From Dictyostelium discoideum (taxonomy: Eukaryota): a stretch of 64,000 nt of DNA. Below the pieces are notes generated by a model. That model made no database searches. It was not told where the DNA came from and worked only from the letters and a program-made list of their open reading frames with translations. The DNA lies in contig CM000154.2 of assembly GCA_000004695.1 (NCBI GenBank), positions 4,608,001-4,672,000 of the forward strand, given 5' to 3'. Position numbers and translations under genes: made by a program. Positions 37,723-51,000 of this stretch are shown piece after piece; within the stretch, counting starts at the first letter, position 1; every line of letters starts with the position of its first letter.

Positions 37723-37961
37723 TTTTTGAGAATTATTATCATTACCTTTTATAAAAAAAAATAAAATAAAATAAAATATGGTGATTTAAAATCTGTTGAA
37801 AAAAAAAAAAAAAAAAAAATTAATTATTTTATTTTTTTTTTTTAATTCAAACTTGAAAAAAAAATAAGTTTGAAAAAAAAAAAAAAAAAAAAAAATTAAT
37901 TATTTTATTTTTTTTTTTTATTTTTTTTTTAATTCTCAAAACTAAAAATAATTAATTATTT

Positions 37962-38015
<54 letters not shown>

Positions 38016-38191
38016 GTAATGATAGTAATTCCCAAAATAATGGTATTAATTTCAAATTATTATCAATCTATGACATCATTTTATTTTGGCATTTAATTAG
38101 ATAAAACTTTAATAAAAATAGGATTAAATAAGTGTACACTTTAATTTTTTTTTTTATTTTTTAATAAGTTGGAATACTGGGAATTTTCATT

Positions 38192-39415
38192 TTATAAAAG
38201 TTTGGCAATAATAAACCAATCTAATGAAGGTATTAATTTTGAATTATTATCTAAAAGTTTTGAACCGAAATGACCTGAATAAATTGTACTATTATATTGA
38301 ATTTCACCTTGAATTAATTTGATTGGAGCTGATATAAAACCATTTGGAATTGAATCACCATTAACTCTAGGCCATTTATATTTTTTATCTTTATTACTCC
38401 ACCATAATATTAAATTATCATTGTATTTACCATCGATATCGAACACGCAAAAAGTAGCTAACCAACCTGTTAAAATCGATCCACCAGATGATGATTTATA
38501 ATCAACCATCTGATTCCACCAAGTTGTATCAGGATTCCCATTTACAGAATCAATGAATTTATCAATCACTGGTAATAAATAAACTAACCATTTTTTAATT
38601 TCACAATCTTTATTATCGAATTGAATTAATTTTTCAACTCTTTCTTTTAAATTTATCCAATCATTAATTTCACCTAATAATGTTACTTCTGGAAGACCAC
38701 AAGATGACATGCATTGATAATCGAAATATTTCTTCATTGTTGACATTAACGCAATTGAAAATACAACTTTATCAGATTCTGTTGTAGTTGTAAAATCTGG
38801 TATAATTAAATCTTTAATTGATGGATCTTTAATATTTGATTGAATTCGATTTGACATTTCAATTACAACTTCATCAAAAGGTGCTTCTAATATCGGATAA
38901 TCAGTCTCAACTATTAATTCTTTTTTACCAGTAAAATCTACAAATTTTTCACGTAATTCTTCAGAGTTTTTATTTATGTAGAATGATAGTTGAGTTAATA
39001 TTGCCATCCAGATATTATCAGGACGTAATACTAAATGATTATGATTATTATAACTTTCCCAAGCAGAGTATATAAAACTATTTGAACCACAACCAATATT
39101 TATTAAATCATCACCATCACCATCTGTAATACTTGTTTTTAAAACTTTATATTGTTCAGCATCATCACCTGTTTTTTCATTTTCCAAGTTTATAAATTCT
39201 TCAATACAAAATTTATCTTTTATTCCCCATGGACTTTTTTCAACTTCACAAACTTTAAATGTAATTGATTTATTATTTTCATCTCTTTTAATTGTTGAAT
39301 CATATTCAATTAATTTATATTTTGAATTATAAAATTCATTATCTTGATCATTTTCTTTGTTTTCATTATTTTTTTTTAATTTTTTGCTTGAAAACTTGGA
39401 AAATAATTTTTTCAT
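38192..39415 (-). CDS. Uncharacterised multigene-family protein, copy 3.
   Basis: 407-aa intronless ORF with the same conserved core and a divergent N-terminus. Confidence 0.7.
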   Translation of the reverse strand: MKKLFSKFSSKKLKKNNENKENDQDNEFYNSKYKLIEYDSTIKRDENNKSITFKVCEVEKSPWGIKDKFCIEEFINLENEKTGDDAEQYKVLKTSITDGDGDDLINIGCGSNSFIYSAWESYNNHNHLVLRPDNIWMAILTQLSFYINKNSEELREKFVDFTGKKELIVETDYPILEAPFDEVVIEMSNRIQSNIKDPSIKDLIIPDFTTTTESDKVVFSIALMSTMKKYFDYQCMSSCGLPEVTLLGEINDWINLKERVEKLIQFDNKDCEIKKWLVYLLPVIDKFIDSVNGNPDTTWWNQMVDYKSSSGGSILTGWLATFCVFDIDGKYNDNLILWWSNKDKKYKWPRVNGDSIPNGFISAPIKLIQGEIQYNSTIYSGHFGSKLLDNNSKLIPSLDWFIIAKLL

Positions 39416-39477
39416 CTAAAAATTGTTATATTTATAAACATTATAATGTGAAAAAAAAAAAAATAAATAAAAAAAAG

Positions 39478-39517
<40 letters not shown>

Positions 39518-39664
39518 AATCAAAAATTTTCGATGATTGTTTTTTGTGAAAAAAAAGATATTTTTTTTTTTTTATTTTTATTTTTTTATTTATTTTTATT
39601 TTTATTTTTATTTTTTTCTTTTTATTTTTTATTTTTTTATTTTTTTTTATTTTTTTAAAAAAAA

Positions 39665-41476
39665 TTAATACTTCCAATCAACAATATTATTTTGATTATA
39701 GTTATAAGATTTAAAATCTTTTTGAATTTTATCATAATAATCATTATTTGGAGTACCAATCATATTAAAAGAATGTAATTTAGAAAGGAAATAAAATTTA
39801 GAGAATCTATAGGTTGTATTTGATAAAGATTTGAAGAAAGATGAATTCCATAATGCACCAATACCATAGACACGATAATATAGTTTACAAATGATTAGAG
39901 ATAGATAAAAATTGGACCAAGATAAACATTTTGGTAAATTTAATCTTTTATGACCATACTTTGCAAGTGAGAGAGCATGATCATAGTCCCAAGATGAAGT
40001 TGGACTCCAATCACCCAATAATTGACCACCTCTATGATTATCCATGAATCCAATGTTTATAGAGTTTTCATTAGCATAATCCAAAGTTGCCAATAATTGA
40101 TTACGTAATGCTAAACCATTTTCATGATCAGTAGTGAAATGATCCGAGAAAATTGGACAAAGATGATATTTACCAATGTAAGCAGGCAATAATATGGAGA
40201 AATAAGTTGAAGATTCAAAATAAATTCTCCAACTCATAATTGAAGCATTACCTAAATGATTTGAATGATCTTTGATTAAATGATTATTAATTTGTGTTAC
40301 ACATCTAATTAATTTATCGAATGCTTCAACACGTCTATGATAGTCATTGGCAGCATTTGAAAGTTTAAACTTTAACATTTCAGTAAGACACTCGATCTCC
40401 ATAGCAATCATTACCATACCAGTTGAATAGAAAGGATCGAAAATTGCAGCAGCATCACCAATTACACACCAATTATTTTTAGAGAAAAAGGTTTTACTTG
40501 TATGTGCAAGTTTTGGCCAACGATGAAAGTCAACAATTTCACCACTTTTAATTAGATTATAGAGTAGTTTTTGATTCTTTTCAAGGAATGACATGAATTT
40601 ATCCAATGAATTTAATTGAGAAGGTTGAATTTTATCACGATGATATGAAACACCAATACTGTAATCACGAGAGCCTCTTTCCAAGGGGATCATCCAAATC
40701 CAATAGCCTGGACCAAAGAAATGATTGGTATCGTAGGTCCAAGAGCATGTCACATCTTGACTTTTGAAATCGAATAAACTTCTCTCTGTGTTTTTCACTC
40801 TCACCCAAGTGCTTGCATTATCCAGACCAAATAAATGCTTTGGATCCTTTAAAATGTTATCGGTACGAGATCCAACAGTAAAGTTTCTACCACTTGCATC
40901 CACAATATAATCAGTTGTCAATGTTATACGTTCAATTGATTGCTGTAATTTGAAATCGGCACCAGATTCAACTTCACTTAGAATTTCAACATCGATTGAT
41001 TTCATATCATCGTTATCTAAATTATCAACATTTCTAACTCTACCATGGTAGTAGACTGCGCCTTGGGCAATTACCATTTTCAATAGATCACGCTCAATCT
41101 TGCAACGGTTCAATTGAAAAGCTTGGATATCTGGATTCTTTACTGCCCATGTACTATAGTAGTCTTCAATGGTATCAGTCTTTGATAATTCTCTTGGCCA
41201 ATGAAATTGTAATGAAAATTTTGGTGGATGATTCTCTATTAAATAATCTTGTAACTCTAATTCTTTGGCGAAAAACATTGCACTAACTTCAACTGTTGAT
41301 TCTCCAACTTTATAATCTTCATCTAAATTATCTCTTCTCTCTGATCTTGGTTCTATCACTGCAATCCTACCAGATAATTCTGGCATTTTTAATAATAAAT
41401 GTCTAGTTGCTGATAATCCTGCTATACCACCACCAATTATAATAATATCATAATGATTAATAATATTTGTATCCAT
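39665..41476 (-). CDS. chlA: Flavin-dependent halogenase of the tryptophan-halogenase family, candidate ChlA-type chlorinase.
   Basis: 603-aa ORF with an N-terminal FAD-binding GxGxxG (IIIGGGIAGLSA) and a conserved Lys (DYKVGESTVE). The WxWxIP signature (GYWIWMIPL) distinguishes halogenases from monooxygenases. The gene symbol is an inference from adjacency to the Steely PKS. Confidence 0.8.
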   Translation of the reverse strand: MDTNIINHYDIIIIGGGIAGLSATRHLLLKMPELSGRIAVIEPRSERRDNLDEDYKVGESTVEVSAMFFAKELELQDYLIENHPPKFSLQFHWPRELSKTDTIEDYYSTWAVKNPDIQAFQLNRCKIERDLLKMVIAQGAVYYHGRVRNVDNLDNDDMKSIDVEILSEVESGADFKLQQSIERITLTTDYIVDASGRNFTVGSRTDNILKDPKHLFGLDNASTWVRVKNTERSLFDFKSQDVTCSWTYDTNHFFGPGYWIWMIPLERGSRDYSIGVSYHRDKIQPSQLNSLDKFMSFLEKNQKLLYNLIKSGEIVDFHRWPKLAHTSKTFFSKNNWCVIGDAAAIFDPFYSTGMVMIAMEIECLTEMLKFKLSNAANDYHRRVEAFDKLIRCVTQINNHLIKDHSNHLGNASIMSWRIYFESSTYFSILLPAYIGKYHLCPIFSDHFTTDHENGLALRNQLLATLDYANENSINIGFMDNHRGGQLLGDWSPTSSWDYDHALSLAKYGHKRLNLPKCLSWSNFYLSLIICKLYYRVYGIGALWNSSFFKSLSNTTYRFSKFYFLSKLHSFNMIGTPNNDYYDKIQKDFKSYNYNQNNIVDWKY

Positions 41477-43656
41477 CTTTTTTTTAAAAAAAAAAAAAAA
41501 GTTTTAAATTATTTATTTATTTATTTATTTATTTTTTTTAAAAAATTATTTTTAATTATTATTTTTTTTTTAAATTTATTTGTTTAAAAAAAAAAAAAAG
41601 TTTAAATTATTTTTAATTATTTTTTTTTTTTTTTTTTTTTTTCAATTTTTTTTTAATTTAAATAATAGTAATAAATAAATAAATTAAAAATATAATAAAT
41701 AGAATTTAGTATATTTGAAAATGAAAATAATAATAATAAAAAAAAATAAATTTTTCTTTGAATTTATAAAAAAAAAAAATAAAAAAAAAAAAAATATAAA
41801 TTAAAAATAAAAATAAAATTAAAATAACATATGTTAGTATCATTTTTTTTTAAAGAATGTTTCTGTGTTTGGTGATGATTTTTTTTTGTTGGGGGTGAAA
41901 AATAAAATAAAAAAATAAAAAAATTAAAATTATTTTCATTGGACCACCACAATGGGGGTGATTATTTTTTTTTTTTTTTTTTTTTTTTTAAAGATTTTGG
42001 TATTTATAAAAAATGTATATACAATACCCTTTGAGTTTATTAAAAATTTAATAATTTAAAAATAATAATAATAATAATAATTTTTTTATTTATTTATTTT
42101 AAAATAGAAAAAAAAAAAAAAATAATTTTATAATATTTTAAAAAATATTATTATTATTATTTTTGTTATTTCTAAATTTATTTAATGCACACCGAGATAA
42201 AATTAATTTTTTTTTTTTTTTTTATTTTTATAAAAAAAAAAGAAAATTTAAAAAATTATAATTTTTTTAAGTACAATAATATTGTTTAATAGTAATACTT
42301 AATTTTACCACATATTAAATTATTTAAAAACCATTGAATTTAAAAAAATTAATTTATAGATAAAAAAATTTAAATTTTTTTTGATTTTTTTAAATACCAA
42401 TTATTTATTTATTTTAAAAGTTGTCGATTTTTTACCTTTTAAAGTGTATTATTAAACAATAGTAAAAAAAAGGATTTCTTAATATTTTGAAGGTTAAAGA
42501 AAATTTGAATTGACCAATTTGAAGTTTATTAATAAAGATTATTCACAAGATAGTAATATATTCCTTTTATACTTAATCATAACTTTCAACGAAAAAGGAT
42601 TTGTTTTTTTTTTTAAAAAGACCAATCCCAATTAAAAATTGACCAATATTAATTTTTAAAAAAAAAGAAAAAAATTAAAAAAATAAATATAATTATTATT
42701 ATAAACTATTTTAAAAAACATTTATTAAGAATTATATCATTAATCTTTTTGAAGTATACAAGTAATTAAAATTATTTTTATTTCCCCCCCCCCCCCAACC
42801 TATTTTTTTTTATATTATAATAGATCAAAAAAGTAATCTTTTTTTTTTTTTTTTTTTTTACACAAATATGTCAATAATTTCATTTTGAACTATGAAAAAA
42901 TTTTGAGTTTTATAATAAATTAATATAGTTCTCGGCGTTTATTTTTTAAAAAAAAAAAATTGTTGTTTCAATTAAAATAATATTTATAAATATGAGTATG
43001 AATCTATTATTAATTATTTTTTAAAAAATATATTTTATATTTTTTAAAAAAAAAAAGTTTTAACTATAGATAAAATTTGGGGTCATTATTAAAATAAAAA
43101 TGAAAAAAATTAAAAAAAAATAAAAACCAAAGTATATCAATTTCATTGGATGATCTAAAACAATATTTATTTAAAATTAAGCCTCTTTTTAGTGAAATAC
43201 CGATTCTTAAAATAAATAATATTTATGTATCGGCTTCCTTTTATAAATTTTTTTTTTTTTTTTTTTTATTTTTCCTTTATTTTTTTTTTAATTTTTTTTT
43301 TTATATAAATATATGATTTTATTCATTTTTATAAAATCAATTCATTTAAAACCTATCAATAATTATAATAAGGGAATAATAATAATTTAATAAAAAAATA
43401 AAAAAATAAAAAATAGATATAATTATACATTTTAGTAGTCAATCTTTAATTTATAAAATAACAATTTTTTATTTATTTATCTGTTTATTTAAAAAATCAT
43501 TAAAACCGATATTTATTGTAAGGAAATTTTTTTTTATTTTAATCAAATCTAATAATAAGTGCAATGATTGATTTTTGTGATTTTTCAGATTTTTTTTTTT
43601 TTTTGATATTTTTTCCATAAACATATTTTTTTTTTTTTTTTTTTTTTTCTTTAACA

Positions 43657-43689
<33 letters not shown>

Positions 43690-43844
43690 AATTTTTTTTT
43701 TTTTTCCTTTATTAATTAAAAAAAATTATTAAAATTATTAAAATTATTAAAATTAAATTAAAAAAATTAAAAAAAAAACTTTTTTTTTTTTTGGGTTGGG
43801 GGGGGGGGTAAAAAACCTCTTTGTTTTCAAACAGATCTAACACT

Positions 43845-43900
<56 letters not shown>

Positions 43901-44247
43901 GATTAATTTTTTTTTATTATATTAATTTATTACATTAATTTTTTTTTTTTTATTCATTTTTTTATTATAAAATAGAATTGTTTAAAACATTTTCTTTTTT
44001 CAATTATATTTTTTTTAATAATTAATTATTATTATACTTATAAAATACATTTTTTCTATTTCAAATTATAATATTTATTATATATTATTAAAAATAATTA
44101 CAAAAAAAAAAAAATAATAAAATAAAAAAATAATTAAATTAACCACCCCCCCCACCAAAAAAAGAAAAAAAAAAAAAATAAACTATTAAAAGATTAGTGT
44201 AGTAATAATAATAATAAAAATAATAATAAAAAATATATATTTAGAAT
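41477..44247. promoter_or_regulatory. 2.8-kb AT-rich bidirectional promoter region between the halogenase and PKS genes, containing inverted C13/G11 runs.
   Basis: Divergent start codons at 41476 (minus strand) and 44248 (plus strand). C13AACC at 42786-42802 and GGTTG11 at 43793-43809 are reverse complements of each other, and there is an additional ACCAC7ACC at 44143. Confidence 0.4.
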
Positions 44248-46298
44248 ATGAACAACAACAAAAGTATAAACGATTTAAGTGGTAATAGCAACAACAACAT
44301 TGCAAACAGTAATATTAATAATTATAATAATTTAATTAAAAAGGAACCAATTGCAATTATTGGAATTGGTTGCAGATTCCCAGGAAACGTTTCAAATTAT
44401 TCCGATTTTGTTAATATAATTAAAAATGGTAGTGATTGTTTAACTAAAATTCCAGATGATAGATGGAATGCTGATATAATTTCAAGAAAACAATGGAAAT
44501 TAAATAATAGAATTGGCGGTTATTTAAAGAATATCGATCAATTTGATAATCAATTTTTTGGAATCTCACCAAAAGAAGCTCAACATATTGATCCACAACA
44601 AAGATTATTATTACATGTAAAGTATTAATTAATTTTATTTTTTTAAATCTATTTGGAAAGTAAAAAAAAAAAAAAACATATATAGATAAAAATAAATCTT
44701 TAAAATTTATTTTTATCTATATATGTTTTTTTTTTTTTTTTTTTTTTTTTTACTGAAAATTTTTATTTTTTTTTTATTTTTTTTTATTTTTTTTTTTTTT
44801 ACTTTCCAAATTTTTTTATTTTTTTCTAATTTTTTTTTTTTTTTTTTTTTTTTATTATTTCATTTTATTAAATAGCTTGCAATTGAAACATTAGAAGATG
44901 GAAAAATTAGTTTAGATGAAATTAAAGGTAAAAAAGTTGGAGTTTTTATTGGATCATCAAGTGGAGATTATTTGAGAGGATTTGATTCAAGTGAAATTAA
45001 TCAATTCACAACACCAGGAACCAATTCATCATTTTTAAGTAATAGATTATCCTATTTTTTAGATGTTAATGGACCAAGTATGACAGTGAATACAGCATGT
45101 TCAGCATCAATGGTAGCAATTCATTTAGGATTACAATCACTATGGAATGGTGAAAGTGAATTGTCAATGGTTGGTGGAGTGAATATTATTAGCTCACCGC
45201 TACAATCGTTGGATTTCGGTAAAGCAGGTTTACTAAATCAAGAGACCGATGGCAGGTGCTACTCTTTTGATCCACGTGCATCTGGATATGTTAGATCCGA
45301 AGGTGGAGGAATACTACTATTGAAGCCTTTATCCGCTGCCCTCAGAGACAATGATGAAATCTATTCATTACTTTTAAACTCTGCAAACAACTCCAATGGT
45401 AAAACACCAACTGGTATCACCTCACCAAGATCACTATGTCAAGAGAAATTGATTCAACAATTACTAAGAGAATCGTCAGACCAATTTAGTATTGACGATA
45501 TTGGCTATTTCGAATGTCATGGTACAGGCACACAAATGGGTGACCTCAATGAAATCACAGCAATTGGTAAATCGATTGGTATGTTAAAATCTCACGATGA
45601 TCCATTGATCATTGGTAGTGTGAAAGCCTCGATTGGCCATCTTGAGGGTGCAAGTGGTATTTGTGGTGTCATTAAATCAATCATTTGTTTAAAAGAGAAA
45701 ATCTTACCACAACAATGTAAATTCTCTTCTTATAATCCAAAAATACCATTTGAAACTTTAAATTTAAAAGTTTTAACAAAAACCCAACCTTGGAATAATT
45801 CAAAAAGAATTTGTGGTGTAAATTCATTTGGTGTTGGTGGTTCAAATTCAAGTTTATTTTTATCATCATTTGATAAATCAACAACAATAACAGAACCAAC
45901 AACAACAACAACAATTGAATCATTACCATCATCGTCATCATCTTTTGATAATTTATCAGTATCAAGTTCAATATCAACAAATAATGATAATGATAAAGTT
46001 AGCAATATTGTTAACAATAGATATGGCAGTAGTATTGATGTTATTACGTTATCAGTTACATCACCAGATAAAGAAGATTTAAAGATTAGAGCAAATGATG
46101 TTTTAGAATCAATTAAAACTTTAGATGATAATTTTAAAATTAGAGATATTTCAAATTTAACAAATATTAGAACAAGTCATTTTTCAAATAGAGTTGCCAT
46201 CATTGGTGATTCAATCGATTCAATTAAATTAAATTTACAATCATTTATTAAGGGTGAAAATAATAATAATAAATCAATAATATTACCTTTAATTAATA

Positions 46299-46331
<33 letters not shown>

Positions 46332-48012
46332 GTAGTGGTAGTAGTAGTAGTAGTAGTAATAATAATAATATTTGTTTTATATTTTCAGGTCAAGGTCAAC
46401 AATGGAATAAAATGATATTCGATTTATATGAAAATAATAAAACATTTAAAAATGAAATGAATAATTTTAGTAAACAATTTGAAATGATTTCAGGTTGGTC
46501 AATTATTGATAAATTATATAATAGTGGTGGTGGTGGTAATGAAGAATTAATTAATGAAACTTGGTTAGCACAACCATCAATTGTTGCAGTTCAATATTCA
46601 TTAATTAAATTATTTTCAAAAGATATTGGTATTGAAGGTTCAATTGTGTTGGGACATAGTTTAGGTGAATTGATGGCAGCTTATTATTGTGGTATCATTA
46701 ATGATTTCAATGATCTATTGAAATTGTTATATATTAGATCAACACTTCAAAATAAAACCAATGGTAGTGGAAGAATGCATGTTTGTTTATCTTCAAAAGC
46801 AGAGATTGAACAATTGATCTCTCAATTAGGATTCAATGGTAGAATCGTAATTTGTGGTAATAACACCATGAAATCATGTACAATCTCTGGTGATAATGAA
46901 TCAATGAATCAATTCACAAAGTTAATATCATCACAACAGTATGGTTCGGTGGTGCATAAAGAGGTTCGTACAAATTCAGCATTTCATTCTCATCAAATGG
47001 ATATTATCAAAGATGAATTCTTTAAATTGTTTAATCAATACTTTCCAACCAACCAAATCAGTACAAATCAAATCTACGATGGTAAATCATTTTATTCAAC
47101 TTGTTATGGTAAATATTTAACACCGATTGAATGTAAACAATTATTATCATCACCAAATTATTGGTGGAAAAATATCAGAGAATCAGTATTATTCAAAGAA
47201 TCAATTGAACAAATCTTACAAAATCATCAACAATCTTTAACATTTATTGAAATTACTTGTCATCCAATTTTAAATTATTTTTTAAGTCAATTATTAAAAT
47301 CATCAAGTAAATCAAACACATTACTTTTATCAACACTTTCAAAGAATTCAAATTCAATTGATCAATTATTAATATTATGTTCAAAATTATATGTTAATAA
47401 TTTATCATCAATTAAATGGAATTGGTTTTATGATAAACAACAACAACAGCAATCAGAAAGTTTAGTATCATCAAATTTTAAATTACCAGGTAGAAGATGG
47501 AAACTTGAAAAATATTGGATTGAAAATTGTCAAAGACAAATGGATAGAATTAAACCACCAATGTTTATATCATTAGATAGAAAGTTATTCTCTGTTACAC
47601 CATCATTTGAAGTTAGATTAAATCAAGATAGATTTCAATATTTAAATGATCATCAAATTCAAGATATTCCATTGGTACCATTTTCATTCTATATTGAATT
47701 GGTTTATGCTTCAATATTTAATTCAATCTCAACTACCACCACCAACACCACAGCATCAACAATGTTTGAAATTGAAAATTTTACAATTGATAGTTCAATT
47801 ATAATTGATCAAAAGAAATCAACTTTAATTGGTATTAATTTTAATTCTGATTTAACTAAATTTGAAATTGGTAGTATTAATAGCATTGGTAGTGGTAGTA
47901 GTAGTAATAATAATTTTATTGAAAATAAATGGAAAATTCATTCAAATGGTATAATTAAATATGGTACAAATTATTTAAAATCAAATTCAAAATCAAATTC
48001 ATTTAATGAATC

Positions 48013-48047
<35 letters not shown>

Positions 48048-51000
48048 AATGTTTTAAATCATTTAATTCAAATGAATTTTATAATGAAATTATTAAATAT
48101 AATTATAATTACAAGAGTACTTTTCAATGTGTTAAAGAGTTTAAACAATTTGATAAACAAGGTACATTCTATTATTCAGAGATTCAATTCAAAAAGAATG
48201 ATAAACAAGTCATTGATCAATTATTATCAAAACAATTACCAAGTGATTTTAGATGTATTCATCCATGTTTATTAGATGCAGTTTTACAATCTGCTATCAT
48301 ACCAGCAACAAATAAAACTAATTGTAGTTGGATACCAATTAAAATTGGTAAATTATCTGTAAATATACCTTCAAATTCATATTTTAATTTTAAAGATCAA
48401 TTATTATATTGTTTAATTAAACCATCAACATCAACATCAACATCACCATCAACATACTTTTCATCTGATATTCAAGTATTTGATAAAAAGAATAATAATT
48501 TAATTTGTGAATTAACAAATTTAGAATTTAAAGGTATTAATTCATCATCATCATCATCATCATCATCATCTACAATAAATTCAAATGTTGAAGCTAATTA
48601 TGAATCAAAAATTGAAGAAACTAATCATGATGAGGATGAGGATGAAGAATTACCATTAGTTTCAGAATATGTTTGGTGTAAAGAAGAATTAATTAATCAA
48701 TCAATTAAATTTACAGATAATTATCAAACTGTTATTTTCTGTTCAACAAATTTAAATGGTAATGATTTATTAGATAGTATTATAACAAGTGCATTAGAGA
48801 ATGGTCATGATGAGAATAAGATATTCATTGTTTCACCACCACCAGTCGAATCGGATCAATATAATAATCGTATCATTATAAATTATACAAATAATGAATC
48901 TGATTTCGATGCTTTATTCGCAATCATTAATTCAACAACTTCAATCAGTGGAAAGAGTGGTTTATTTTCAACACGTTTTATCATTTTACCAAATTTTAAT
49001 TCAATTACTTTTTCAAGTGGTAATTCAACTCCATTAATAACTAATGTCAATGGTAATGGTAATGGTAAGAGTTGTGGTGGTGGTGGTGGTAGTACAAATA
49101 ACACAATTTCAAATTCATCATCATCAATATCAAGTATTGATAATGGTAATAATGAAGATGAAGAAATGGTATTAAAATCATTTAATGATTCAAATTTATC
49201 ATTATTCCATTTACAAAAATCAATTATTAAAAATAATATTAAAGGTAGATTATTTTTAATTACAAATGGTGGTCAATCAATTTCAAGCTCAACTCCAACC
49301 TCAACATATAATGATCAATCATATGTTAATCTATCACAATATCAATTAATTGGTCAAATTAGAGTATTTTCAAATGAATATCCAATTATGGAATGTTCAA
49401 TGATTGATATTCAAGATTCAACTAGAATTGATTTAATTACTGATCAATTAAATTCAACAAAGTTATCAAAACTTGAAATTGCATTTAGAGATAATATTGG
49501 TTATAGTTATAAATTATTAAAACCATCAATTTTTGATAATTCTTCATTGCCATCATCATCATCAGAAATAGAAACAACAGCAACAACAAAAGATGAAGAA
49601 AAAAATAATTCAATAAATTATAATAATAATTATTATAGAGTTGAATTATCTGATAATGGTATAATTTCAGATTTAAAGATTAAACAATTTAGACAAATGA
49701 AATGTGGTGTTGGTCAAGTTTTAGTTAGAGTTGAAATGTGTACTTTAAATTTTAGAGATATTCTTAAATCATTAGGTCGTGATTATGATCCAATTCATTT
49801 AAATTCAATGGGTGATGAATTCTCTGGTAAAGTCATTGAAATTGGTGAAGGTGTTAATAATTTATCAGTTGGTCAATATGTTTTTGGTATAAATATGTCA
49901 AAATCAATGGGTAGTTTTGTTTGTTGTAATTCTGATTTAGTATTTCCAATTCCAATTCCAACTCCATCATCATCATCATCATCAAATGAAAATATTGATG
50001 ATCAAGAAATTATTTCAAAATTATTAAATCAATATTGTACAATACCAATTGTATTTTTAACATCATGGTATAGTATTGTAATTCAAGGTAGATTAAAAAA
50101 AGGTGAGAAAATTTTAATACATTCAGGATGTGGTGGTGTTGGTTTAGCAACTATTCAAATTTCAATGATGATTGGTGCTGAAATTCATGTTACAGTTGGT
50201 TCAAATGAAAAGAAACAATATTTAATCAAAGAGTTTGGCATTGATGAGAAGAGAATCTATTCATCAAGATCATTGCAATTCTATAATGATTTAATGGTGA
50301 ATACTGATGGTCAAGGTGTTGATATGGTTTTAAATTCATTGTCTGGTGAATATTTAGAGAAATCAATTCAATGTTTATCCCAGTATGGTAGATTCATTGA
50401 AATTGGTAAAAAAGATATTTACTCGAATTCAAGTATTCATTTAGAACCATTTAAAAATAATTTATCATTTTTCGCAGTTGATATTGCACAAATGACAGAA
50501 AATCGTAGAGATTATCTAAGAGAGATAATGATCGATCAGCTATTACCATGTTTTAAAAATGGTTCTTTGAAACCATTGAATCAACATTGTTTCAATTCAC
50601 CTTGTGATCTTGTTAAAGCCATTAGATTCATGTCATCCGGTAATCATATTGGTAAAATCTTAATCAATTGGTCCAATTTAAATAATGATAAACAATTCAT
50701 TAATCATCATTCAGTTGTTCATTTACCAATTCAATCATTTTCTAATAGATCAACTTATATTTTCACTGGTTTTGGTGGTTTAACTCAAACATTATTAAAA
50801 TATTTTTCAACAGAATCTGATTTAACAAATGTTATAATAGTTAGTAAAAATGGTTTAGATGATAATAGTGGTAGTGGTAGTGGTAATAATGAAAAATTAA
50901 AATTAATTAATCAATTAAAAGAATCTGGTTTAAATGTATTGGTTGAAAAATGTGATTTGTCATCAATTAAACAAGTTTATAAATTATTTAACAAGATTTT

